Below, one piece after another: positions 45,240 to 53,051 of a stretch of DNA of 59,406 nucleotides. A program made the translations under genes and the position numbers. Source of the DNA: an uncultured Gammaproteobacteria bacterium (GTDB lineage Bacteria > Patescibacteriota > Microgenomatia > Levybacterales > UBA12049); assembly GCA_964523705.1 (NCBI GenBank), contig CAZFYA010000004.1, positions 1 to 59,406 of the forward strand, given 5' to 3'. The notes under the pieces are model-generated. The model made no database searches, was not told where the DNA came from, and saw only the letters and a program-made list of their open reading frames with translations. How positions within the stretch are numbered: the first letter of the stretch is position 1; each line of letters starts with the position of its first letter.

Positions 45240-45866
45240 ATGAAGAAATTTTTAAAAATCAGTTCTTTAAGTTTTTTAGTGTTTTTACTGTTTATTTTCC
45301 TTTCATATTTTGTTGCCAGAGAATATTTTATTCAATTTGACTTTGATACTATGGTTAAATTACAGGATAATTTACCAAGATCTTTAGATTCTTTGTTTTC
45401 AGCCTTTAGTGTTATTGGAAGCTTTGAAATTGCAAGTATTTTTTTAATTATATTAATAGTCTTTATTAAAAAATTGAGGGGAATTCTTGTTCTAATTCCG
45501 TATGTATTCTTGCATCTCATAGAAGTTTTTGGAAAGACTTTAATTGATCAAAATAACCCTCCTTTTTTCTTTTTAAGAACAGAAATTCCGTTTAGTTTTC
45601 CAAGTTCTTATGTTCAACCCGGTTTTTCTTATCCATCAGGACATGCGGCCAGAACAGCTTTTATTTCTTTGATTTTATTTTTCCTTATTCATCGCTCCAA
45701 GAAATTAACAAGAGAAAAAAAGATATTTTTATATATTTTACTTTCTCTTTTTTGTTTAATAATGTTTGTTAGCAGGGTTTATCTTGGTGAGCACTGGACT
45801 ACTGATGTTGTCGGTGGGGTATTGCTTGGTGTTTTTCTGGCCGTATTTTCGCTTTTCTTTGTCTAA
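45240..45866 (+). CDS. PAP2 family membrane phosphatase
   Basis: SYPSGHA, SRVYLGEHWTTDVVGG; the C1 motif is degenerate (KTLIDQNNP instead of KxxxxxxRP). Confidence 0.88.
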   Translation: MKKFLKISSLSFLVFLLFIFLSYFVAREYFIQFDFDTMVKLQDNLPRSLDSLFSAFSVIGSFEIASIFLIILIVFIKKLRGILVLIPYVFLHLIEVFGKTLIDQNNPPFFFLRTEIPFSFPSSYVQPGFSYPSGHAARTAFISLILFFLIHRSKKLTREKKIFLYILLSLFCLIMFVSRVYLGEHWTTDVVGGVLLGVFLAVFSLFFV

Positions 45867-46115
45867 TGGTTTTTATTCCCTCTTTACTTAATAATTTAAT
45901 CCACCATGTAGTATATTTGTCCTTAAGTACACTATCTCTTCCAACAAATTCGTGCAAAGTTCCATGTATTAGGCTTTCTTTTTCCTTACTCCTCATAATA
46001 ATTGGCTATTATAGCACAGGATGAAAAACTTAAACACATTAAAGAGATTAAATTAAATATGTTTAATAGTGGTAAAATACACATACTACTTTTTAGATTG
46101 TATTTATATTAAAAT

Positions 46116-47351
46116 ATGAAGATAAATAAATATTCTAATATTTTCCCTAATTATAATAGAAGATCGTTAATTAATGTGCCACACACAATTTTGTCTCATT
46201 TTGGCATAACCCCCCTTAAGCCTACATTACCATCTTATATGACAAGTGAGCTAAAAAGTGCTTCTACCATTGTGCTTTTCATGATTGATGGTTTTGGTTG
46301 GAGTTTGTTTAAAAAAGTTTCCCAAAAAAATATTTTTTTTAAGAGAATGATTCAAAACAGAAAAGCTTTTTCTTTAAAATCTGTTTTTCCATCATCAACT
46401 ACGCCAGCTTTAACCTCTTTTTATTCAGGTTTAACGCCAATAGAGCATGGATTATTTGAATGGGTTTTGTATTTTAGAGAACTTGACGCGACTATAAAAC
46501 CACTTCCTTATGAAACAGTAGGTAAAGAGAATATTAAATTATTAAAAACTCCTAGTGTTCTCTTCGAAAAAAAAACTGTTTTTCAGCTATTAGCCGAGAG
46601 TAATGTGAGATCAGTTTCTTTTTTACCTCAAGAGTACAAGAATACAATGTACACAAAATCTTTACTAAACGGTTCTTATGTTTTACCTTATGTCAGTTTT
46701 ACGGATCTTAACAGGAAAATAAAAGAAAGATTAATTTTGGGAAGAGAAAAATATATCTCCGTATATATTCCATTTGTAGACACAGTTTCTCATGTGTTTG
46801 GCCCAACCTCCACACAAGCTATGCATGAAACAGAAAAAATAGGTAAGGCAATAGAAAATTTATTAGGAAGCCTTGATTATTTAATTGCTAAAAAAAGCGC
46901 ATTTATTTTGACAGCTGATCATGGTCAAAAAACAGTAAATCCGTCGTCTATAATTTATTTAAATAATTATCCAGAAATTATAAAAAATTTAAAAATAGCT
47001 CCATCTGGTCATTTTATTCCTCCAACAGGAGGGCCTCGTGATATATTTCTTTCAGTAAAAGAGGAAAGAATAAGAGAAACGATTTCAATGCTTAAAAAAA
47101 TATTGGGTAATAAAGCAGTAGTTATTAAAGTCACAGATAAAGTAAAGAAAAAAATATTCGGTAGTATTGGCTCATCCGATAAAATTTTAAATAGAATAGG
47201 GAACGTTATTATTCTTCCGACAAAAGATAATATTATTTGGTATAGGTTTGACAAGGAGAAAAAGTTTTCTTTTTTGGGTCATCACGGAGGATTGGACACT
47301 GAAAGCATGAGAATACCGCTTATTATAAGTAAAGCAATTAATCTTCTATAG
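46116..47351 (+). CDS. Alkaline-phosphatase superfamily nucleotide pyrophosphatase/phosphodiesterase
   Basis: FMIDGFG, SVFPSSTTPALTS, DTVSHVFG, TADHG, GHHGG. Confidence 0.9.
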   Translation: MKINKYSNIFPNYNRRSLINVPHTILSHFGITPLKPTLPSYMTSELKSASTIVLFMIDGFGWSLFKKVSQKNIFFKRMIQNRKAFSLKSVFPSSTTPALTSFYSGLTPIEHGLFEWVLYFRELDATIKPLPYETVGKENIKLLKTPSVLFEKKTVFQLLAESNVRSVSFLPQEYKNTMYTKSLLNGSYVLPYVSFTDLNRKIKERLILGREKYISVYIPFVDTVSHVFGPTSTQAMHETEKIGKAIENLLGSLDYLIAKKSAFILTADHGQKTVNPSSIIYLNNYPEIIKNLKIAPSGHFIPPTGGPRDIFLSVKEERIRETISMLKKILGNKAVVIKVTDKVKKKIFGSIGSSDKILNRIGNVIILPTKDNIIWYRFDKEKKFSFLGHHGGLDTESMRIPLIISKAINLL

Positions 47352-47419
47352 TTTATGTATTATTTCTTAGTTTTTTGTAATAAGATTAGCTTTTTGATAA
47401 AATCCTTGTTTAATATTAT

Positions 47420-48721
47420 ATGGAGCGCTTCTTAACAAAAGGAATTATCCTTAAGCGACCCTTTTTAACCGACAGAGATCGAGTGCCATTTTCTGCCTTT
47501 CCTCAGGACATGAATAAGGTAAAGAAAGAAATAAAGCTGGTTGAGCTTAATACGATGCTTCCTGATGGAATGATCTTCGAGGAGAAAGTTAAAGATTCCA
47601 AAAACGGCGATCAGCGTATAAGAATTGTTAAAACTACAAAGCCATATAATCCTGATTTTATTATATCAGCTCAAACACTTACTTTTATGTTTCCCGATAA
47701 TCCTTCCCTGGCAATAGTAACTCCACTAGATGGAACAAGTAAAACATGGGGAGAATTTTTTAGGGTTAATGCACAAATAGTGAATGCTTTAACGGATACT
47801 TACAGGAATAGAAATATTGGGGATTGCCTTATTGCTTTAGGGCTTAACTTTAGCCCATTTAGTAGAGCTGACTTTTTACGTACTCAAACAATTAAAGTAG
47901 CTCATATGCACACTTTTCTTATTAGCGAAAGTCTTTTAAATGAAGTGGATTTTTTTTCTTCAAGAAGAGAATTGCGTTCAAAACATATTGCTGCTGGGAC
48001 CTCTGCTAAGGACATTAGCAAAGATATTAGAAGATTTTTTCCTGGGCTAATTTACCAATTGTTTTCTAAGATAACCCTTCCTTTTGTTGAGCATCAATTA
48101 GAGAGTTTATCACTGACTAAATTTTCTAAACCCAAATTATTTATTAATAGCCATGGAAACTACCCATTAAGCGGTATTGTACTTGTAGCAAAGGGACTTA
48201 ATGCTTTAGAATCTCCTGACTTTTTTGAAATTATAAAAAATTCTTATAGAGCTTTAGATCAATTTTATAAAGAAATTTTAATGCCTATTTTTACTCAAAA
48301 TTATCAAAGAGTTATATCAAGCTCTTATCCTCAAGCTCAAAACCTTGAGTATAATGATGTAAATACTGCTCTAAATGTGATTAATACTTCGGATTTTTTT
48401 AATACCTTGCCTAGACTGCTTAGAAAAGACTTGCGTGGATTTGTAAAAAGACTTGCATTACAATTAAATAATAATAAACCCGAAGCGTTTTCTCTTGGGC
48501 CGGGTATTTCTTATACAGCATTATATCATCCTGAAACTGATGAGATAAAATTTTATATTGTTTGTAGTCCATTTGGCGGGGGTTCTGTGGAAAGTATTGG
48601 AGTAAATAAAATACCGCTTACTAAACAAGAGCAAAAAAGACTACTTGCACAATTTCATAGTTCAGAAAGTGAGGCAATAGAAAAAGATCTTGATAGAGCA
48701 ATTAGAAAAAGATTAAGTTAA
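47420..48721 (+). CDS. Hypothetical protein with a possible HIT-like HxH motif
   Basis: 433-aa ORF; LGLNF..QTIKVAHMHTF resembles a HIT/GalT loop. Confidence 0.5.
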   Translation: MERFLTKGIILKRPFLTDRDRVPFSAFPQDMNKVKKEIKLVELNTMLPDGMIFEEKVKDSKNGDQRIRIVKTTKPYNPDFIISAQTLTFMFPDNPSLAIVTPLDGTSKTWGEFFRVNAQIVNALTDTYRNRNIGDCLIALGLNFSPFSRADFLRTQTIKVAHMHTFLISESLLNEVDFFSSRRELRSKHIAAGTSAKDISKDIRRFFPGLIYQLFSKITLPFVEHQLESLSLTKFSKPKLFINSHGNYPLSGIVLVAKGLNALESPDFFEIIKNSYRALDQFYKEILMPIFTQNYQRVISSSYPQAQNLEYNDVNTALNVINTSDFFNTLPRLLRKDLRGFVKRLALQLNNNKPEAFSLGPGISYTALYHPETDEIKFYIVCSPFGGGSVESIGVNKIPLTKQEQKRLLAQFHSSESEAIEKDLDRAIRKRLS

Positions 48722-48812
48722 ATATTGCATTTTTAGACTTATCTATTTCAAAATTACTGCTAAATAGTAGAAATTAAGTAATTATGTTAGAAGTTATTAT
48801 AAAGGGGCATAT

Positions 48813-49112
48813 TCAGTTTTGAGTGGATAATCCTAAGTGGTCTTCTATTTTTTCTACTCTTTTATCTAATTTAACATCAGTTCTATCAAAAACATCAATT
48901 GCCACGGAGATATTTTTTTCTACCTTTCGTAGTCTAATTGATAAATTTTTTACTCCATTTTCTACTTTTTCAAGCTGGTTTTCTAGTTTTACTCTAAATA
49001 ATTTCAACTCTGTACGTAGCTCACTTCGTGTGGTTTCATTTTCTTCTTCACTTTCCTCACGTAATATTTTTCTTATTTGGCTAAAATCAGCTTTTGTTAG
49101 AGTCATAGACAT
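48813..49112 (-). CDS. Small coiled-coil protein (paralog A)
   Basis: MTLTKADFSQIRKI...RVEKIEDHLGLSTQN. Confidence 0.75.
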   Translation of the reverse strand: MSMTLTKADFSQIRKILREESEEENETTRSELRTELKLFRVKLENQLEKVENGVKNLSIRLRKVEKNISVAIDVFDRTDVKLDKRVEKIEDHLGLSTQN

Positions 49113-49208
49113 TTATTATTAAGAGTTTTTCAGCTGATTTCAAGAGGACAAACTATATCAGTTGCAGGATTTAGTAACCATATTAGAAGGTGTTATAAAG
49201 GGACATAG

Positions 49209-49439
49209 TTAGTTTTGAGTGGATAATCCTAAATGGTTTTCGAGTTTCTTAACTCTTTTCTTAAGAGAAGTGTCTTCTTCTTCGTAGTTTTCTATTATGA
49301 GGTTAGATGTTTTTCTTAGATATTTGAGTTCTTTCTTTATTGGTTTTAGTTTAATATCCAATTTATCATCAACGATTTCACTGACTTCTTCTTGAATAAC
49401 ATCTCTTATTTGTCCTAAGTCATTTTTTGTTAATACCAT
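49209..49439 (-). CDS. Small coiled-coil protein (paralog B)
   Basis: MVLTKNDLGQIRDV...RVKKLENHLGLSTQN. Confidence 0.75.
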   Translation of the reverse strand: MVLTKNDLGQIRDVIQEEVSEIVDDKLDIKLKPIKKELKYLRKTSNLIIENYEEEDTSLKKRVKKLENHLGLSTQN

Positions 49440-49494
49440 GGATAATTATTATTTAGAATTTTTGTAAAGATTTCAAGAGGACAAACTACATCAG

Positions 49495-49565
49495 CAGGGG
49501 TGAAGGGAATCGAACCCCTAGTCGCGGTTTTGGAGACCGCTGGTTTACCGTTAACCGACACCCCT
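49495..49565 (-). tRNA. tRNA-Trp(CCA)
   Basis: AGGGGTG TC GGTT AACGGTA AACC A GCGGT CT CCA AA ACCGC GACT AGGGG TTCGATT CCCTT CACCCCT G. Confidence 0.95.
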
Positions 49566-49569
49566 AATT

Positions 49570-49746
49570 TTACTTTAATTTTTCAGTTTCCTTATGATCT
49601 GTTCTTTTTTTACAATGTTTACAGTACTTTTTTATTAAAAGCTTGTTTGTCGTATTTAATTTATTCCGACTGGTAATATAATTTCTGTTTTTACAAACAG
49701 AGCAGGTTAGTCCTACTTTTATTCTATGTTCACCTTTTTTTGCCAT
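49570..49746 (-). CDS. rpmG: 50S ribosomal protein L33 (Zn-binding type), 58 aa
   Basis: Missed by the ORF track (short). MAKKGEHRIKVGLTCSVCKNRNYITSRNKLNTTNKLLIKKYCKHCKKRTDHKETEKLK. Confidence 0.95.
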   Translation of the reverse strand: MAKKGEHRIKVGLTCSVCKNRNYITSRNKLNTTNKLLIKKYCKHCKKRTDHKETEKLK

Positions 49747-49791
49747 ACTTCGATTTTACTCAGTACGAGTATTTCCTCCTTTCCTTATCGG

Positions 49792-49863
49792 AGCCGGCTA
49801 TGGGAATCGGACCCATGACCTAGTCATTACCAATGACTCGCTCTACCACTGAGCCAAGCCGGC
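49792..49863 (-). tRNA. tRNA-Thr(GGT)
   Basis: GCCGGCT TG GCTC AGTGGTA GAGC G AGTCA TT GGT AA TGACT AGGTC ATGGG TCCGATT CCCAT AGCCGGC T. Confidence 0.93.
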
Positions 49864-49869
49864 TAAATG

Positions 49870-49953
49870 TGCTAGGAGAGGGAATTGCACCCCCGAAGTC
49901 CTTTCGGACGCTTGATCTACAGTCAAGTGCGATTGCTGCTCCGCCATCCTAGC
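49870..49953 (-). tRNA. tRNA-Tyr(GTA)
   Basis: GCTAGGA...CTTGA CT GTA GA TCAAG, long variable arm GTCC-GAAA-GGAC, GGGGG TGCAATT CCCTC TCCTAGC A. Confidence 0.92.
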
Positions 49954-49954
49954 C

Positions 49955-50028
49955 TGGAGCCTCCAAACAGAATCGAACTGTTGTCAACGGTTTACAAAAC
50001 CGCCGCTTTGCCACTAAGCTATGGAGGC
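49955..50028 (-). tRNA. tRNA-Thr(TGT), CCA encoded
   Basis: GCCTCCA TA GCTT AGTGGCA AAGC G GCGGT TT TGT AA ACCGT TGAC AACAG TTCGATT CTGTT TGGAGGC T CCA. Confidence 0.94.
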
Positions 50029-50119
50029 ATTTAATAATAGCCTTACAATTTTATCAAATATAATATAGCTAAACAAGCCTCGTCAAAGAGGACATGGAGG
50101 ATAAATTAAGATAAATTCT

Positions 50120-50294
50120 GTCTTTGGTATCGAGCATTGATTGGTTTTTCCCCAGACCGTTAATTAGGTGAACTCATTTCTGGTTCTCACGGAACCAGAA
50201 CGCTTTGTTCTGTCTCCGCCAATTTGGCAGATACCTCAAGTCCAGTGAAATTGTAGAGGAAAAGCTACCAAACTTTTCTCTAATACCAAAGAAC
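50120..50294 (-). ncRNA. ssrS: 6S RNA-like long rod-shaped RNA (~175 nt)
   Basis: Ends pair (GTTCTTTGGTAT / ATACCAAAGAC), followed by TTGGT/ACCAA and TTTTCC/GGAAAA. An unpaired CTACAATTTCA bubble follows, then further stems and two terminal hairpins. Has its own promoter. Confidence 0.55.
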
Positions 50295-50300
50295 ATATTA

Positions 50301-50329
50301 AGTGTAGAAACTTTTTCGTGAAAAGTCAA
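50301..50329 (-). promoter_or_regulatory. Promoter of the 6S-like RNA
   Basis: TTGACT-N17-TACACT; predicted +1 at G50294 coincides with the 5' end of the closing stem. Confidence 0.65.
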
Positions 50330-50336
50330 GTGAAAA

Positions 50337-50984
50337 TTAAACCCCTAAAATACCTTGAGCAAAAATTAAAAGATTATAGATAAGTTGAGGAAGAGATAGT
50401 CCGCCGATTGGGAAAAGAAGTAGAAAAAAGATTATTAAAAACCCAACAGAACCAAAGGCTAAGTAAATTCTTGCCTGTTTTTCAGGAAGAAGAAGAGAAA
50501 AAATTTTAGAGCCGTCAAGCGGGGGAATTGGAATAAGGTTAAATATTGCCAATAATAAGTTTATCTGTACTACTATTTTTAAAAATATGTAGGAATATAA
50601 AACTACAATACTGTTTAGCATGGGATCAATTAAAAATAAAACTTTAATTAAAATGGCTGCAATAATGGCAATAATAATGTTACTTAAAGGGCCTGCTAGA
50701 GAAACAAGGGCAATGTCTTTTCTACCGTCTCTTAGATTAAATGGATCAACAGGAACCGGTTTTGCTGCTCCAAAGATAACAGGAGAGCCTGAAAAGATAA
50801 GAAGAAGAGGTAAGAGTATGCTCATTACAGGGTCGATGTGTTTTTTAGGATTAAGCGATAATCTCCCTAAAAGTCTTGCCGTTGGATCTCCGAGCCTTTC
50901 GGCAACAAAACCATGAGAAATTTCATGAATAATTGCTGAAAATAACAAAACTACCAGTAGTAAAAGCATTGAAACAAAGTTCAT
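50337..50984 (-). CDS. Site-2 protease (M50) family intramembrane metalloprotease
   Basis: IIHEISHG (HExxH), LSLNPKKHID, VSLAGP, FNLIPIPPLDG. Confidence 0.95.
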   Translation of the reverse strand: MNFVSMLLLLVVLLFSAIIHEISHGFVAERLGDPTARLLGRLSLNPKKHIDPVMSILLPLLLIFSGSPVIFGAAKPVPVDPFNLRDGRKDIALVSLAGPLSNIIIAIIAAILIKVLFLIDPMLNSIVVLYSYIFLKIVVQINLLLAIFNLIPIPPLDGSKIFSLLLPEKQARIYLAFGSVGFLIIFFLLLFPIGGLSLPQLIYNLLIFAQGILGV

Positions 50985-51046
50985 AGTAAATTAACAATTG
51001 TATCTTACGGTGCTTTCTAGTATAATTGATTATCTAAATATTGTCT

Positions 51047-51280
51047 ATGGCACTTAGATGTGATTATTGCGGAAAAGGCGTTATGCATGGACATAACGTT
51101 TCGCATTCAAAAAGAAGAACAAAAAGACGCTTTAAACCAAATTTGCACAAAGCAAAGGTGGAGATAAATGGTGTTAAAAAAAAGCTTAGGCTTTGTACAA
51201 AATGCTTAAGAGCATTTAAGGCTACTGATAAAAAAGAAGAAATAAAAACAGAAGAAGCTACTACCCAACAAGAAAATTAA
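51047..51280 (+). CDS. rpmB: 50S ribosomal protein L28
   Basis: MALRCDYCGK..GHNVSHSKRRTKRRFKPNL..LCTKCL; ATG 51047. Confidence 0.96.
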   Translation: MALRCDYCGKGVMHGHNVSHSKRRTKRRFKPNLHKAKVEINGVKKKLRLCTKCLRAFKATDKKEEIKTEEATTQQEN

Positions 51281-51678
51281 TTTGTCAAATTTTTTTCCTC
51301 AAACTTTATTCTTAAAATAAGAACAGGAAGGATTATAAAAAACAAAAACAACAGCCCAGGTTTTGAAGAGTTGGCTAAACTTAATCCCAAAAATGTTAAA
51401 AAAATTCCAATATACATCGGGTGTTTAAAATATTTATAAAGCCCAGTTTTTATTTTTTTTTGCTTTTGTGGCAAAACTCCAAAAACTTTTCTTAAGTTAT
51501 AAAAGCTAATAATCCAGAAAGTAAGACCAATAGTAAAAAAGATAATACCCAAAAGTATTAAAAGGAAAGGAAGCTTAATTGTATTAGGGTAGTAATAAGC
51601 TAGATAAATGTTTAAAAGATATAAAAGAGGAATAAAAATTGTTAAACAAAAAGAAAAAATTAATTTTAAGTTAATCAT
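51277..51678 (-). CDS. Isoprenylcysteine carboxyl methyltransferase/PEMT-like membrane protein
   Basis: KTGLYKYFKHPMYIG, RIKFEEK.L. Confidence 0.85.
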   Translation of the reverse strand: MINLKLIFSFCLTIFIPLLYLLNIYLAYYYPNTIKLPFLLILLGIIFFTIGLTFWIISFYNLRKVFGVLPQKQKKIKTGLYKYFKHPMYIGIFLTFLGLSLANSSKPGLLFLFFIILPVLILRIKFEEKNLTN

Positions 51679-51681
51679 TTA

Positions 51682-52488
51682 TTAATAAGATAGTCCCAAT
51701 TTATTTAATAATTCTTTTCCAATATTAGGATAACCATTTACAAAGTCTTTATATTTCACTTCTTTTTTTCCCTCAACCTGAATTTTATCGTTTGGCAAAA
51801 ACTTAATTCTTTTTCCATTTTTTTCTGTCCAAACACCTGGCCAGGGGAAATAGGCTTTAATCATTGTTTTTAAATTTTTTGGTGGATTATTAGCATTAAT
51901 AAACCCACTTTCACGAGTTAAAGTCTTAGTATATGTAGCTTTACTATCATCCTGCACTACTAATTTTAGATTACCTTTTATATATTGCTTAATATTTTGA
52001 TATAGTAAGTCTGCTCCAATTTCAAAAAGTCTTTGGTATAAGCTATCTGCTGTATCATTGTCCTTTATTTCTTCCTCTTTTTGGGCAAGAATTGGTCCAT
52101 GGTCTAGTTTTTCATCTAATTTAATAATACTAACTCCCGTTAGCTTGTCATTATTTACAATAGCTTCTTGTCCCGGAGTTGCACCTCTTCCTTTTGGGAG
52201 AAGTGAGGGATGAATATTTAAAATTCCCAAAGGAAAAAGATTAAGTATTTCTTTTGGAACTATTAATCTAAAATTTGCCAACACTCCTAAATTAGCTTTA
52301 TGTTTTAAAACATCTTCTTTTAAAAAAGAGTTTATGGATTTGTAATCAACATTATTCTCATCTAAATATCTAATTAGGAAGCTTTGCTTTTCTTTTTCGG
52401 TCGTAAAAACAAAAAGGTCAAATTCCTTTTTTAAAACTTTAATAACAGAAATTGCATATTTGCCAGAGCCAAAAAATATTACTTTCAT
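51682..52488 (-). CDS. fmt: Methionyl-tRNA formyltransferase
   Basis: NIHPSLLPKGRGATP, TGVSII..DEKLDHGPI, AYFPWPGVW. Confidence 0.93.
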   Translation of the reverse strand: MKVIFFGSGKYAISVIKVLKKEFDLFVFTTEKEKQSFLIRYLDENNVDYKSINSFLKEDVLKHKANLGVLANFRLIVPKEILNLFPLGILNIHPSLLPKGRGATPGQEAIVNNDKLTGVSIIKLDEKLDHGPILAQKEEEIKDNDTADSLYQRLFEIGADLLYQNIKQYIKGNLKLVVQDDSKATYTKTLTRESGFINANNPPKNLKTMIKAYFPWPGVWTEKNGKRIKFLPNDKIQVEGKKEVKYKDFVNGYPNIGKELLNKLGLSY

Positions 52489-52490
52489 GA

Positions 52491-53051
52491 TTAAAGATTA
52501 ACTTCTTCAAAAACATCTTGTCCTTTTTCGTCTTTTGTTGATTTAAAAAGGGTGTTTTTTTGCTCAATTACTTTTTTTGGAAATAAAACGCCTTGTAGGT
52601 GATCAAGTTCATGTTGGATTATTGTAGCCATGAAACCGGTAAATGTTTTTACTCTTTTATTTCCATTTTCATCAAGGTAGGAAATTCTTATACTTGGTTT
52701 TCTTTTAACTTCTCCCCAAATATTAGGAATCGAAAGACAGCCCTCAAGCTTTAAGGGTTTATTTCTTTTTGGTTTTGGTTTAATTTCTTTTTTAACCGCT
52801 TGCTCACTAGTCTTAATTACTTTGGGGTTAATAAAAACACTGATTTTTGATTTTAAAGTTGGTTTAGTAATAAAAATCTGAAGCGGAAGGCCAACTTGTG
52901 GGGCAGCAAGACCAACACCAATTGGGTCGGTTGCTTGATTTAAGGCAGTAATCATATCCTGTATAATTCTTTTAATTTCTTTGTTTACTTTTTTAACGGG
53001 TTTTGCTTTTTGAGAAAGAACCGGATTTGGAGCTGTAACTATTTTTAACAT
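52491..53051 (-). CDS. def: Peptide deformylase
   Basis: GVGLAAPQVG, EGCLSIP, QHELDHLQG; ATG 53051 overlaps the upstream TAA. Confidence 0.96.
   Translation of the reverse strand: MLKIVTAPNPVLSQKAKPVKKVNKEIKRIIQDMITALNQATDPIGVGLAAPQVGLPLQIFITKPTLKSKISVFINPKVIKTSEQAVKKEIKPKPKRNKPLKLEGCLSIPNIWGEVKRKPSIRISYLDENGNKRVKTFTGFMATIIQHELDHLQGVLFPKKVIEQKNTLFKSTKDEKGQDVFEEVNL

Larger units (their letters stand above)
48787..49494. repeat. Tandem duplication of a gene-plus-flanks unit directly downstream of tRNA-Trp
   Basis: gatttcaagaggacaaacta(t/c)atcag at 49136-49161 and 49469-49494 (25/26 identical); shared 3' blocks at 48787-48841 and 49183-49237. Confidence 0.85.

Noticed and set aside
45799-45996. 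65-aa minus-strand ORF
   Set aside because: Overlaps the PAP2 3' end, has no motif and no support.
48823-49122. 99-aa plus-strand ORF
   Set aside because: Antisense to a coiled-coil gene that has a clear adjacent paralog.
49747-49960. tRNA-Gly and tuf expected in the Thr-Tyr-Gly-Thr-tuf cluster
   Set aside because: Not present. The tRNAs are only 1-6 bp apart and rpmG follows directly, so nothing was annotated.
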